A stretch of 64,000 nucleotides of DNA from Haplodiscus bocki (Eukaryota). The position numbers and the translations under genes were made by a program. The stretch covers positions 166,160,001-166,224,000 of the forward strand of contig OZ296648.1 in NCBI GenBank assembly GCA_965655095.1, written 5' to 3'. Below the pieces are notes generated by a model that worked only from the letters and a program-made list of their open reading frames with translations, had not been told where the DNA came from and ran no database searches. Shown here piece after piece: positions 12,379 to 25,375 of this stretch. Within the stretch, counting starts at the first letter, position 1. Each line of letters starts with the position of its first letter.

Positions 12379-12838
12379 CGAGTGATGAAGTATATCAGAT
12401 ATCACTCGCTAACAGCTACGATCTTTGAAGTAGACATTTTTGTAACAGCCGCCAGCTAGCGATTTCTTTTCCCATAACACATTTTTCCCTCGTCTCTTAT
12501 TAATCTGAACAATCTTTTTGTGCAGTAAAGAGCAGCTCATTTACATTCCAAAATTAAACTTTTCTCTTTTTGAGGAAAAATAATCTGGAATTTCTCCTCT
12601 TCTCCTATCTATCTCTCTCTCTCTTTTTTCTCCCTCTCTACATCACGAAAAAAAAACAAAATTTTGGTGTTTTGTAATATTTACTGTTTGTATAAACTTA
12701 TTTCAACCTATTCATAGTTGTTTTAACCCTGTAATAACTAACATAAAATTTCAATTTTTTTTGCAAAGCGCAAAAAGATTTTTCTTCCTGCGATAAAAAA
12801 ACTACAGGAATCATAGCACCCAAAGCAGGGTCGCTCTA
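12379..12838 (+). repeat. 3' LTR
   Basis: Direct repeat of 2-500; ends GGTCGCTCTA. Confidence 0.92.
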
Positions 12839-14870
12839 AAATAATCACAATGCTTTTCTTCCAAGTACTGTTATACAGCTTCCTATTTTTCAAAATTTAG
12901 TAAAGGTAACAAAAACGTCTTTCTCGTCCAGATACCGACATACTGTACAACCACGATAACATAATTACAAGTGAAATCTTTGTTCGTAGTATCGCATCAT
13001 GACTAACGTTCGAACATTAGAGAAGGCGTTTTTTAATAATTTTGATTTAACGAAAATTTAAAACTAACTTCGAGAAGTTTCGGCTTAAAATGAAAAGCCC
13101 CGAATTTATCAAATATTGGATAAATACGGAAAATGATTAGTGCAGTTTGTTTATTTGGTATATCAACTTGATTTACGAGCTACTATAGATTACGACGGAA
13201 AAAAAGTTGACTTGCCAAGCAGAAGATTCGGAGCTGCTGTAACAATTATTGGAACACAAACAAGAGAACCTGGTGACCCAGAAAATGCGAAAAATGTTAA
13301 AGCTGAAAACATAGACTATACGACGGCAAAGCTGAAGATTCCATTGGAGATTAAAAATTTGCCAACTTTACGCCGACGTGACAAAATTTGGAGGTTACTC
13401 GATTAGAATCGCACAAATTAATGATCAAATTAAAGGAGAATTAAATTTTCGAATTTGCCGAAATTCTACTATCAGCGCACTGGTCAGTGGGTCTGAAATG
13501 TCGGATATGCGCTGTTTTCCTATTGGTGGCATGAAAAAACAGCATGATGCCTTTTTAGAGTCATTTGGCAAAACTGAAAAATTCATAACATCACTCACTC
13601 GCTCACCGTCAACAACTTACTCTCTTTTCTTTCCTGCTCTTAAAATATTGAACTTTGCTCTTCTCTTTGCTCTTCTTAACCTCCGAAAATTTGCTCAGTC
13701 AAATTTTGATTTAGCAGCAAAACATCTTTCATCGGAATTATTCTGAGTCAAATTCTGACTTCGCCGCAATACGCTCATCAGCGAAAAATTTCTATGTCGA
13801 ATTATGACCTAGCCGCAAAAACATCAAATTTTCTGATAGACCGCCCTTCCTCACCTCCTCACGCCAACCAAACGATCCTAAAGTAAACTTTGCTATCTGC
13901 GGCGCTCTCCTATTTGACGATCACTCAATTGCGCCACAACCGGGTATGAATACCCCGTACACTCTCATTATGTTCATTCGCTCTCTGTAGTTAAATAGCC
14001 TACTTCATGGAAGCTAAACTCTCTTCTACTTCACCCTCATCTTGATTTCACAGCAAAATCCTCTTTGTTGAAATTATTAGAAGTCAGAATTCCCATCATC
14101 GAAATTATTTTGATACAAATTTCCTAATCATCCAAATTATTCTAAAACAAAACTTGCCTTGGCCTCAAGTTCTGATCTGCAGGGCCGACCTACTTGATTT
14201 CCTCAACAAATGATTCAGTTGGCCTTCGCCCAAAATTGAAAGGACACGTGACTATCGGGGTATAAATACCGAGTGCACGTCCATAATGTTCACTAGGTCG
14301 CTACAATTCACCTAATCAAATCCACGAGGCGAAACTCTTTTGGACCTCCTCCTCAATTCCTAACTTTTCTTACTTGAATGTTCTTATCACTTCTCAGCGA
14401 GCGAAAAGCCAATATTCACGGTCAACCAACACCCATCTGAAGAACCCGAACTTCAACTCATTTCTTCAACTTCAATGATGGTATCAGTGAGTCTTTCATT
14501 TCAATTACCAGTAAAATAAACCTCGCTAGAAAATCTTAACAGATTCTTGCATTTCAAATGCAGTGAGTTAATAATCTGCTGAATTTTCGAAAATTGTGAA
14601 ATTGAAAGATAAACCCTCTCAACAAATTCGGCCGTGAACTACCACGTTTGAGATAAAGGGATATAGGAGAAATAGCTCAGATACCGTGAAACACGAGTGA
14701 CACTGAGTCTTAGATAGAACCTAAAAAGGTAAAACAATTTAAACCCCTCCAATAAATCCGAAGACTACGTCACGGTATGGGAGAAAAGGGGAACTGAGAT
14801 CTCCCGACCAGACCAGTTACTATAATATGCAAGTACTGAGTCGTTCAATAAAAAACTAAAATACATGAAG

Positions 14871-15215
14871 GCGCCTCGTCAGTGGATCAACGCTTGACTA
14901 AAGGAGGACCCTAACAGACTTGACTTGGTCGACTGCTTTTATGCATGTTACCACAGTCGTAGACAAAAGGCCAAAACGGACAACTTAATAACTTGAAAGT
15001 AAAATACAAGAAAGCGCCTCGTCAGTGGACTAACACTTGACTAAAGGAGGTCCTTAAGAGAGTTGACTTGTTCGACTTCTTTTTAAGCATGTTACCACAG
15101 TCTTAGATAAAAGGTGATGTCCCCTTCGATAACACCGTTTGACTTACGTCACGGCCTGAACTAAAGGGATTTATTGAAATTTGACTCGGTTGACTGCTTT
15201 TATGACATGTTACCG
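14871..15215 (+). repeat. Degenerate direct repeats (~143-bp spacing), probably TE-internal
   Basis: GCGCCTCGTCAGTGGA...CTTGACTAAAGGAGG...CATGTTACCACAGTC at 14871 and 15014, with a partial third copy at ~15180. Confidence 0.7.
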
Positions 15216-15499
15216 AAATCTTAGCTAAACTGATTACATAACATAAAAGAGTAAAACCAAAAGGAAACACAAGGCCAAAACGCCGAGCTAGAAACAACGA
15301 ATTTGACCATTCGTCCTAGCTCCAAAAGTAGAAAGGGCCAAAAACTTACCTCAACCTAGTTGTTAGAACTGATCAATAAGTCCAATATTTTTCGAAAGAT
15401 TTGTAAATTTACTGTTACCAATTGCTATGTTCTCATCTGTTCAAATATTTCAATCATCAGATAAAATTAATAGTAAAATTGATGTTTTATTCTTTTATA

Positions 15500-16050
15500 A
15501 ACGCTGCGATGCCTTAAATTTCGAATTGTTCATGAAAATTCGTCGAATATTGTGGATTTTCTGATTTTCTGATAAATACTTTGGATATTTTGATACTGGC
15601 TGATATTCTCTTGACTGTAACTGTCCTCTTGACGGGGACAAAATTTTACAGTGGCGATATTTCTTCTTCTACGGGGATAATACGATTGCGATATGTTACA
15701 GTTGATAAATACGGATGCTTTCAGATATTTTACAGTTAAAAAGGATATAATGATTGTTATGAAATTGTAGAAATTTGGTTCATAAGTTCTTGAAGAACTT
15801 CTGTTTACTTTTATTGTTCTGGATTTCTCAAATCTCACCCCTATTAAAATCGCCTTACCAAATTTTCATTTTAACTTGCACACGTTTACATTGTACAAGT
15901 TGATTGCCATTTCCGTATATTCATCAAATAATTAATCTCTTATTTCATACTCTTTCTTTTCTCACCAAGTCCTTGCTAGTAGAACTTACGCAACTTTGTT
16001 CCCGCGGTTTAGCAAAGCAAATTTACAAAACTAATAACACTGTAAGCTTT
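15500..16050 (-). pseudogene. Relic of a LINE APE endonuclease
   Basis: Minus-strand pieces LLARTW (ETW-like), GDFN, VFINCNISQSYYP (SDH-like) in the expected order but different frames. Confidence 0.35.
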
Positions 16051-16539
16051 TGAGACTTACTTACACGATAACGCAGACGTATGGCTGCACACGCCGCTCA
16101 ACAATTTTAGCTAGCGAGAACAACAGTAAACAAATAATATTAAACATAAGACAACCGCGACAATAGTGTACAAAACCGAAAACTTGAGTGTCCTGGTTTC
16201 ACTTTTGAGGAGATGACTGATATCAAAACAAGAGTCTATAAAGTCAAGGGGTTTCTAGTTGCGTCCTAAGAGTAGCAATACCCTACTTTCAGAAGAAAAA
16301 CACATAAACTTACACAACAATGATTAGCATGACCTTTTTTTGGGCAACAGTGGTTACTACTCGCCGACCTTTACTAGGTTGGAAAAGTAAAGATACAATT
16401 ATTATTTACAAAAAATACGTAAAATGGCTTGTTGAAAAGTTCTAGAATTTCCTATGAAAAGAAGTTCCACTCCAATTCCAGCACATATTAAGAAAAACTA
16501 TACATAACTTGAGACAAACCGACTAAATTTTCAGATTTT

Positions 16540-17330
16540 TTTTTGTTTTAGGACAAACGTACTTGCAGTGTGATCTTATCCGGCATTCTTTGGTGGTCGA
16601 GTTGTCAAAATTGCATTCTACATATCCAAAAAAAAAACAGTTTCAGGAACAAATGTTCTTGAAAAAAATGTTTTTTTTTCTCTAAATTCTAATAGGATTC
16701 TCAACTGAAAGTTTTCCGTTTTTTGGCAAAAAAATCGGCACAGTTATCAAAACTGCGTTTCACAAGTGCATAGGAACGTTTTCGGGAAAAACATTTTTTT
16801 TGGAATTTTTTTTTCAATTTCATTTCTGGACTTTGAGAGAAAAATTTTTGGACTTCAGGCCTAAAATGTTTCGTCAGGGTTGACAAAAATGCCTTCTACA
16901 AGCCCAGTGCAAATTTTGGGGAGAAATAAAATTTTGTAAAATTTTTAATTTTAAAATAATTTTGGAATTTGAGCGAATTTTTTTCGGATTTTTTTTCGGC
17001 AAAAGTACTTTACAATTAAGGTGGGAAAGTAATTTTTTAAAGACAAGATCATTTCACACGCATTCTACAGGATGTGCGCCATCTTCAAATATTCCTTATA
17101 TTTTTCGGGAACAAACCCTAATTTTGAACGTTTTGAGAAATTTTATTTTTCAAGTCGCACTCTACGGCAAACGTGCTACATTTTTGTGAAAAAGGTGAAC
17201 ACAATTGGCAAATTTGAGTTTTAAAAAAAACGTTCCATTCGAGTGGTTGATTTTTCATTCATATGGTAAATAAAATGGTTTAAGAAAACAAATAACATGG
17301 CGCAAAATAGTAATTAGGGAGTCCACTCGT
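16540..17330 (-). mobile_element. Non-autonomous repeat, inverted relative of the element at 25376-26052
   Basis: Reverse complement of 17120-17170 (TTGCCGTAGAGTGCGAC...TTTCTCAAAACGTTCAAAATT) matches 25700-25750. It also carries TTGTCAAAACTGC-type subrepeats, seen again inverted at ~34480-34650. Confidence 0.65.
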
Positions 17331-18965
17331 TGCGTTGTTTATGTGATTGAGAAGAAACGGCAGAGAAGGTTGAAAACGTTCCAAACTATAACCAACTGAC
17401 AGGAATGTGGAGAAACTTACTCATAATAATTGAATTCTTCACTACAAACCCAAATTTTCTGTCAAGTACATAAACCTGTAAAGGTCCCAGAACCCTTGGA
17501 GAACAATGTGTCGGTTCAATCAGGTTAATTAAGATTATAAGAATCTTACACTTTTCTCGAAACAGTTTTGGATAAATTATGCAACTCATTGGATGGGTGC
17601 CACAGATGGATAACTATGGATTCAAAAACAAAATCTCCTGGTACAAAATTACTAAATTTTCGAAAATTTTACTCTGGAAAATATTTTGGATTTTTTTACA
17701 GTTTTTAATGAAAAATATTGGTCAAAATTGGATTACAAAAGTCTGAATCTGATGAACTGAACAACTCTTTAGTTGAAACTTTTCAAAAATGAAATATTAA
17801 TACGGGAAAGGACCTGACAATGTCGTGCTCTGAGATAAAAGCAATTCTTGCAACACACGTTTTCTAGAAAGTTGTGAAAACAGCTTCTAAAGTTTCCAAA
17901 ACAAATCCTCTTATAAGTTATATTTCACTTGTGGATTCAAATGGATAGAATATTTGAGATTCACTGATGTGATACTACATTGTATAGAAAACGTAGCTGT
18001 TGTTATCTTTACAGAACAACATCAAGTTGAAATTCAAGTACCAAGGGAGCTGCAGATGTAAAATTACGACGGTTTTACAAAACTTCATATCGATGCAAAT
18101 GTTCCTTATGGGTTGGTGATGAGTCACTATCGCCCACCTGTGGATTCTAAGAACCACCCCTTCTCACAACAGAGTGAAACGGAACGTATAATGGAGATTT
18201 TGTCGATTGTTCTTGATGACTGTGAATAGGGTCACTTCAGTGAGTTGGATCTTTTTCTCCATTTGGACAATTAAATTGAGAAATATCAATTTTCCCTAAT
18301 ATAAAACAGTTGATGGAACACTTCCTCCGAAATGTAGTTTTTATTTTATTTTTGAGGTTTAGAAACCAACACGGAAACTGCTTTCTAGTCAAACAAGCTG
18401 ACTCAATTATGTTTCATTATAGAATGCTCAATTTCTACCTATGAAAAAAGCATGAGAAAAATACATGCAGTTCTTAAGTCCAAACAACCCTTCTTTGCTG
18501 GAATGTTTCAAAACTTTTAAAATAGAATTGAGAACCAAAGCAAAAACTTATTGTTAACACAGAGATTCTCCAAGTCAAGGACTTTAGGTTCTTTGGAAAT
18601 ACAACGAACAAGGCCAGAACAAGAATCAACTTGGATCTCATATCTGACACGTTTACCTTCTGTGCCTGAAAGCTATGTCAAGAAAATGCTTGACGGAGTT
18701 CAAAAGTCAATATTCTAGTGTTAGTTTTTGAAAAGTTTAAGGGGAAAAGCATTTTTTGAAAGCCAGTATAGCTTGGTTAAGAAGTAAACGAGATATCAAA
18801 TTTGTTAATGAATGAACTTCATTACAGTAGTGATTTTAATTAATGCAACTAGGCAATTTTGATACGCTTTACATAATCCTAAATGGAGAATAAATATTAA
18901 GGTATCAGAGTAAACAAAGGTTCTCTGAGAAAGCTCATTAAAAGGGCTACCACATGGTTATTTTA

Positions 18966-20370
18966 CGGATGCGAGACAAACCCGCCGATTTTAGAGTGGG
19001 ACAAAACAGCCGATTTTGAAAACGGGACAAAATCGCCGATTTTGATAATGAGACAAAACCGCCGATTTTAAAGTGGGACAAAACCGCCGATTTGTTATAA
19101 TACAGATCGCTAGTCTTTGCAAAGATAAAAGTTGTTCAAGATAAAAGCGTCTTGGCCTAATTACGGATAATTAGCAATTAAATTACCATTATACTAAAGA
19201 AATAATTCTACTCCAAAATACCAAACCCAAAATAACCAATCCCAAAATACCGAAGGTCATACATGAAACTTTTTGACGAAAATTTGAATTTTTGTAAGAA
19301 GTGAAGGTTAAAAATCTGGAGGGCCAGGAACAAAAAATTATGAAAATTGATAAACCTAATATCTGTAAATTAAAGTTTCTGTCACCTAAGGAGTTCCACT
19401 CCAAAATACCCAAGCCCGAAATACCCAAGCCCGAAATACCCAATCCAAACAGCGATACCAATTAAATAATTAGAAGCATCTTGAAATCAAAAGTACCCAA
19501 AATACTTCAATACTAGGGTATTTTAGGACTTGGGTATTTTGGGACTTTGGGTTTGGGTATTTTGGGTTTGGGTATTTTGGGCTTGGGTATTTTGAGTTTG
19601 GGAATTTCGTCCTGCCACCCACCTAAGGAAATGCCAATGAAACTGAAAAACTACTACAAAAACAAACAATTTTAATTTTTGCGTCATATAATTTTCTGAT
19701 TTTTCTTGATACTCAATTGCATGAACCGAAAATATCCGAAAAGACCATTTCTGAATTTTTGGCAATGGTGTTTTAGTTTTTTCAGGAGAAATTTTAGGAT
19801 CTTTCCGCCCCACAGTAGAAGCTCAAAATTTAACTCCCCCCCCAGGCAGAAGCAAACTCGTCTCTGATTGGCTAAAATTCACCCGCGCGTGAGTTAAAAC
19901 ATTACGCCGCTTATTGTTTCGCATATCCATTATGGTGTGTGTGTGTGTGTGTGGGGGGGGGGGGAGGTTAAATCAGTGGGGGGGATTAACAGAAAAGATC
20001 CAAATTTTAATTATTCAGAGGAGTTCGGTACACAAAAGATAGGGGGCGGGTACCACAAATTTAGGTTAAATGCAAGCGAGGGTTTCAATAAAATCTTTGG
20101 TGTTGGCATTCTCGAAAAATTATTAGCCGCAAAAAGTGAAGGAAATTGCATTAAGTTCCTGGCATCTCATTTGGTAATATGTTTGGTAATATAATTGCTA
20201 ATTATCGATAATTAGGCCAAGACGCTTTTATCAGTGAAACAATTATGATAGCAATTTGTTCTCTTTTGCAAAATCGGCGGTTTCGTCTCATTTTCGGAAT
20301 CGGCGGTTTTGTCCCGTTTCCAAAATCGGCGATTTTGTCTCATTTAAAATCGGCTCTTTTGTCCTGCCCC
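18966..20370. mobile_element. Non-autonomous long-TIR (Mutator/foldback-like) DNA transposon with 8-bp TSD
   Basis: ~200-230-bp TIRs containing ~24-bp GACAAAACCGCCGATTT subrepeats and ATAAAAGCGTCTTGGCCTAATT or its inverse. TSD TTATTTTA (18958-18965) / CTATTTTA (20371-20378). Empty site at 21417-21424. Confidence 0.85.
19393..19619. mobile_element. Small foldback element nested in the TIR element
   Basis: CCCAAAATAC-type repeats face inverted GTATTTTGGG repeats. Flanked by direct repeat CACCTAAGGA (19383-19392, 19620-19629). Confidence 0.6.
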
Positions 20371-21280
20371 CTATTTTACTTGCCAAAACAAGTTCTTCAA
20401 AGAGGTTGAAAATCGCGTCCCAAAGTTGAGTAAATAAACCATGCAAGCATTACGAATATTGACTAATTTTGTCAAATTTCGTAAAAAATCTTGACAATGA
20501 CGCAAAGTAGCAAGAAAAAAATTCCATAGTTTGTTAGTTTTGGTTATTCTTCACAGCTTTTATCTTTAAAACTTTCGTCACAACTTTGAATTTTCAGAAG
20601 AAATTGCAAAAAGTGAAAGTATAACTTTAACATCCAATTTTAAGACATTGATTTTCCAATTTAGTAGATTCAAGATGAATTTTGGAGTAGTTTTTGAAAA
20701 CCTTTCCGCCGACAGATGATATTAGCTGTCACAGAAACATCAGGGGCATCTATTGATTACACAAACTTCCATTATTACTTTTTTAAAGTTAAAACAAAAC
20801 TAAAAACAGAAACATTTCAGATGCTACCCTAGTAGCTGGAAAGCATTTATATGTTAGCATTTATAATTTTGGAACATTTTTATGTTAGCAAACACTTTTT
20901 AAATAATTTTGGATGATTCATATTAAACTTTCTACGGGTAAAAATTGTCTGCTGCTGTGATGTCTTTTCGGTTTCTTCAAAGAATTTTTTAAAATTGAGG
21001 AGCATTTTGTAGTTTCCTTCAAAATTTGTCAGGCGAAAAATAAATAAAGCTTCGCAAGTTTTTCAATGCAGCCTAATCAATTTAACAAGTGACAGACAAC
21101 CTTATAATTTTGTCCTACATTGCAATAAAAACAATATCGATCGAATTTACAACTACCCACGCAGAGTCACTTGTTAGAAAATATTAGCCTAACAGTCAAA
21201 GCGGCAAAAAACGAATATGAGCAACTCTGAAGTAGTAGTAGTTCTAGAGGCAAAAGACGTGCGAGATACTTTACGTTCTC

Positions 21281-21840
21281 CACAGTAGTGATTTAGATTA
21301 ATGCGACCAAGCAATTTTGACACGCTTTACAAAATCCTAAGTGGAAAAGTAAATAATAGGAGATCAGAGTAATTAAAGGTACTCTGAAAAAGCTGATTTA
21401 AAAAGCTACAACGTGGCTATTTTATTTGCCAAAACAATTATTTCAAAAAGTTAGAAACTCCCGTCTCAAAAGTGAGTAAATACACTATGCAAGCATTGCG
21501 AATATTGACTAAATTTGACAGTTTTTGCAAAAATAAATCTTGACAGTGACTCAAAATAGCAAGAAACAAATTCCATAGTTTGTTAGTTTTGGTTATTCCT
21601 CAGAGCTTTTATCTTTAAAACTTTCTTCACAACTTTGAATTTTCAGAAGAAATTGCAAAAAGTGAAAGTATAACTTTAACATCCAATTTTAGGACATTGA
21701 TTTTCCAATTTAGCAGATTCAAGATGAATTTTGGAGTAGTTTTTGAAAACCTTTCCGCCGACAGATGATATTAGCTGTCACAGAAACATCAGGGGCATCT
21801 ATTGATGAAATAAAATTCCACTATTAATTTTTTAAAGTTA
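21281..21840 (+). repeat. Interspersed repeat copy B (uninterrupted)
   Basis: Colinear with copy A. A third 5' end CAGTAGTGATTTTAATTA occurs at ~30622. Confidence 0.8.
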
Positions 21841-22523
21841 CGAAATTCTCAACAGAATGGAAAGATTGGCCAAAAACGCATTTTTTTTTTACTTTTTGCT
21901 CTATTCATTGGAAATTTTCCAAACAAACACCATTATAATCTCTCAAAAATTCCAAGAATATTTAGTTTCTGATACTTTTGTCCAAAATGATTATTCCTGA
22001 AGTTATTCGTGCTTAAAGTTGACTTATGCGTTAAAGTTGTCGCACTAATTAAAATCACTACTGTATATTACCTTGACATCTTGGACAAGCTTTTGCAGCT
22101 GCAGAAAAAACATTCAAAATACATGTTTGCTAAATGTCCGAATTTTCCATATTTCATGAAAATTGGCTACATGCATGCATGCATTTTGCATGTTTTATCT
22201 GCACGTCCCACTAGGGCAGGCACTAGGCGCTGAGAATTAAGCACTGCCTAGAAAAGTGTAAGTGAGCTATTTTCTGATGCTCTTTATAGTTTTGAAATAC
22301 GCAAAAAGTATCCTGTAATTAAATTTGACAAAGTTTCAAACAAAATTGTAACCACCTAGGAAAGACGCAAAAGTGAATTGAATTACTTGTCAGCGACTCA
22401 AAAGTGAACTGGAATACGTAGTATTTTTTCGAAAGTGAACGGAAGTAAAGAGACATTCACGTGCAACGCAAAATCAATTGGATATTATGATATTCACACT
22501 CGGGAGGTCTCAAACTAAGAATT

Positions 22524-23257
22524 CCCGGGTTAACAGCCATGGCTAATATGACGGACATGCGATTACCTGGTTTGATAATAGTGATTTCCATTCGCCATGG
22601 TATGATCATGGCAAGATCATGGAATTATCATTATCGAATATAGCATGATCATGGCATCGTCGTCATGGAAGATAGCATGATCTTGCCATGATAACAATTG
22701 TCATTGTTACAACATAGTCCAGAAGCTAAACATTCAACAAACTTTGTATAATAGTACCCGTTATTATAGGTGGTAGCTCAATGTTTTTTAACTCGCAATA
22801 TTTTGAACGAATCAATCAGAAACCACCCAAAAGTAGTTTACTAAAATGGATCTCTGCCAACAATTCGAAGTTACTGAAAATAACTTAAAGTTGTATTAAA
22901 ACTATCGTTGAATAAGAAATTGCTGTCTGTTCCTATCACAGTCCATAACAGTCTTTCTTTCTGGAGTATTCTTCGTTCAATTTTTCGGACTCAGCAGTTT
23001 GGAGGCATAAATTTTCTCTAAGCCCACTCAAATGTGCCATATGGCAGCAATTATGTGGGGAAAATTTGATGAAAAATTATATTTTTCAAGAAGGCATGAA
23101 AAACACGATGACCATACCATGGTAATGGCATGAATCATGGAAAACATCATCATACCATGATCATGTCATTAATCATGGCGACCATGTCAAGAAACATGAC
23201 CGACATGCCGTCATAATAGCATGATCATGGCATGGCAGCCATGTTTCCTAACCCGGT
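22524..23257. mobile_element. MITE with CCCGGGTTA termini and CATG-rich subterminal repeats
   Basis: CCCGGGTTA...TAACCCGG inverted ends, with CATGATCATGG arrays at both ends. A related relic lies at ~29470-29585. Confidence 0.7.
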
Positions 23258-23998
23258 TGGGAAAACTAATTTATACTCGTCGCTCCGAACTTCATTCGCC
23301 TTTCTTTCTAGCAGCCTTTTCGTTGTTATGCTCCTATGAGCGAGATTTCCAAAAAAAAAATAAAATGTAGAATTAGGCACAAGGCCATCATTTAATGCCT
23401 AAAAGACTAAATGAAAACATTCAAAACTTTTAGACACAGCTGAATTCAAATCAAAAGTAAAAGTAAGATTGAAGGTCAGAACTAGTATTTTGAAGTATGG
23501 ATTAAATTTTTTTTTCAAAAGTAGAACAAAACACAGGTGAAAGAAAAAATTGTTAACAACTCCAACACAAAGAGGTCATAGTCATTTCGAATCAGATAAA
23601 ATCAGAGAAAAGCAGCGCTGTTCAAAGACAATTACCGTGTTATATATGTCACTGTAGAAAGCACCTATTGCTGAGAACTCGGGTTTTTCTGATTAGAGTC
23701 ACTTCACCTACTGGCAAGGTTTTTGAATTCCCCAAACTTTACATATTATAAAATTTTGCTTTTATATTGAATTTCATTACTAAAAGCATTGCTCTTGGAT
23801 AATTTTTTGAACATTGTGGCTGTGACCAAAAAATCCGACAATTTTTGATTCAGAACTGATTACCACATAAAATATCCAACATTTCAACAAGGTTATTCAT
23901 TTTATCTAAGACAACAAAAACGGAGATTTCCTTCAACTGATTGAGGTTTTAAAGTGAGTGTTTTCCGGTCTTTTCACTGAACTCTATAGTTTATACAC

Positions 23999-25132
23999 TT
24001 AAAATAGCAATTGTAAGAGATCGGTTATGATGGTATACAAAGTGAAAGGTTCATGAATTTTGTATTGGTGCAAGCGCTTCAGATCGCCTGTTTTAACTTC
24101 GAACATATAAGTATCTCGCATTTTGCTCCGGTAACCTTTCTCCTTTATGACATAAGCAAGCAGTGATTTCCATCTTCGCAAGAGCACAAATTCACCGAAA
24201 TAGGAGTTTTTCTGTATAAAGTGCACACATGATCCAATGAAAATGTCCTCGAAAGCCCAAAAACAATTAGCATCCCTGTTTTTTATGTTGTCTCTTGGGT
24301 CTAGTCCAATACACGTGTAAGGACAATCGAGTGCCATTTCATGAACTGCAGTCATTGATAGCACATATAAAACTCCTGTCATGTAGGGAGGGTATTTCTT
24401 TGGGGGGTAGTCACTGACAGGTACACCCCATTTTCCATCTCTTAAAACGGTCCGATTGTTCATCCTTCCCAGATAAAAATTTTTGGGAGACTTCTTCTTA
24501 CGCGATGAAAAACTTGCATTTTTTTCTTGGATTTTGATAGCATCATCAATTTTATCAGCCTCAAAATAAACGTCATCGTCAATTTTGACAAAATACTCCG
24601 CTTGACCACAATAGCACGATGCAAACTTCAGGCCTATCAGCATTTTGAGAGTTGGTTTGTTGTAATATCCTTCAGTAACATTTGTAACCACAATATCTTT
24701 GAATAGTTTGTTCTCATTTGCAAGCATTATTGTATCCTCTACGCTCTGAGGTGCTCCAACAAGAAATAACTTTCTCCAATGTGACAAGTTTGATTTCTTG
24801 GAAATTGTAAAATTGCCGAAAGTTTCTCGAATTATCTGCCTTCTTGAGCTATCATTCATTCGGTTGAGGATGACCAAAATTCTTGTCACGTGATTTGAAT
24901 AACCACAAACTGATTTCCTGGCCGATGTCCAATGCAATAGATTGCTGTAAGGCGGCATGGATTCAAAGGGAGTTCCTGGAATGGCAACGGCTGAATATTT
25001 GGAGTAGTCCCTCTGCATACAATTTTCGGAACTGTAGTCGATGTCTCTGTCTTTCTCAAAGAAATTTGGTTTACGTTTCAAGGTCTCAAAAATATTCAAA
25101 CTAAGGAAAAAGGATACGCTTGACATTTTCAC
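23999..25132 (-). CDS. Beta-1,3-galactosyltransferase-like glycosyltransferase (GT31 / Galactosyl_T)
   Basis: Intact 377-codon ORF with RRQIIRETFG, LFLVG, DIV, YYNKPTLK, YFVKIDDDVYF (DxD), KW...YPPKKYPPYMTGVLYVLS and EDIFIG. The ORF begins exactly at a TTTTGTTCAG acceptor, with first ATG at 25126, so an upstream exon or leader is possible. Confidence 0.92.
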   Translation of the reverse strand: MKMSSVSFFLSLNIFETLKRKPNFFEKDRDIDYSSENCMQRDYSKYSAVAIPGTPFESMPPYSNLLHWTSARKSVCGYSNHVTRILVILNRMNDSSRRQIIRETFGNFTISKKSNLSHWRKLFLVGAPQSVEDTIMLANENKLFKDIVVTNVTEGYYNKPTLKMLIGLKFASCYCGQAEYFVKIDDDVYFEADKIDDAIKIQEKNASFSSRKKKSPKNFYLGRMNNRTVLRDGKWGVPVSDYPPKKYPPYMTGVLYVLSMTAVHEMALDCPYTCIGLDPRDNIKNRDANCFWAFEDIFIGSCVHFIQKNSYFGEFVLLRRWKSLLAYVIKEKGYRSKMRDTYMFEVKTGDLKRLHQYKIHEPFTLYTIITDLLQLLF

Positions 25133-25375
25133 CTGAACAAAATTGCCATCGAAACGTTCAGCTATAGAAATAAAGGAGACTATAAACTGAATTAAACCGT
25201 TTTAATTCGTAAAAGTATTGGAAATCTTGAAGGGCATTTTAATTTAGATATCAGGCCTCTTATTTAATCGCATTTGCCCCAAATGATTTCATTCAGGAAC
25301 TTACTTTCTTGAATACATCAAAACCAGAGCAGTTAAAACGTAATTAACTCAATTATATATATTACATTGTAGAAA

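Larger units (their letters stand above)
1..12838 (+). mobile_element. Envelope-bearing Ty3/Gypsy LTR retrotransposon (endogenous retrovirus-like), decayed
   Basis: Two ~500-bp direct LTRs, a TGG-initiated PBS, and domain order gag-PR-RT-RH-IN followed by an env-like ORF. Many stops and frameshifts. The left end is cut by the window edge, so no TSD can be checked. Confidence 0.95.
18825..20790 (+). repeat. Interspersed repeat copy A (interrupted by the TIR element at 18966-20370)
   Basis: Starts CAGTAGTGATT. 18825-18965 joined to 20371-20790 is colinear with 21281-21840. Confidence 0.8.

Noticed and set aside
13140-13746. Two ORFs right of the 3' LTR
   Set aside because: Non-ATG starts and no recognisable motif; probably TE debris I cannot classify.
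19189-19813. ORFs with LGISG / QNTQT repeats
   Set aside because: Translations of foldback subrepeats.
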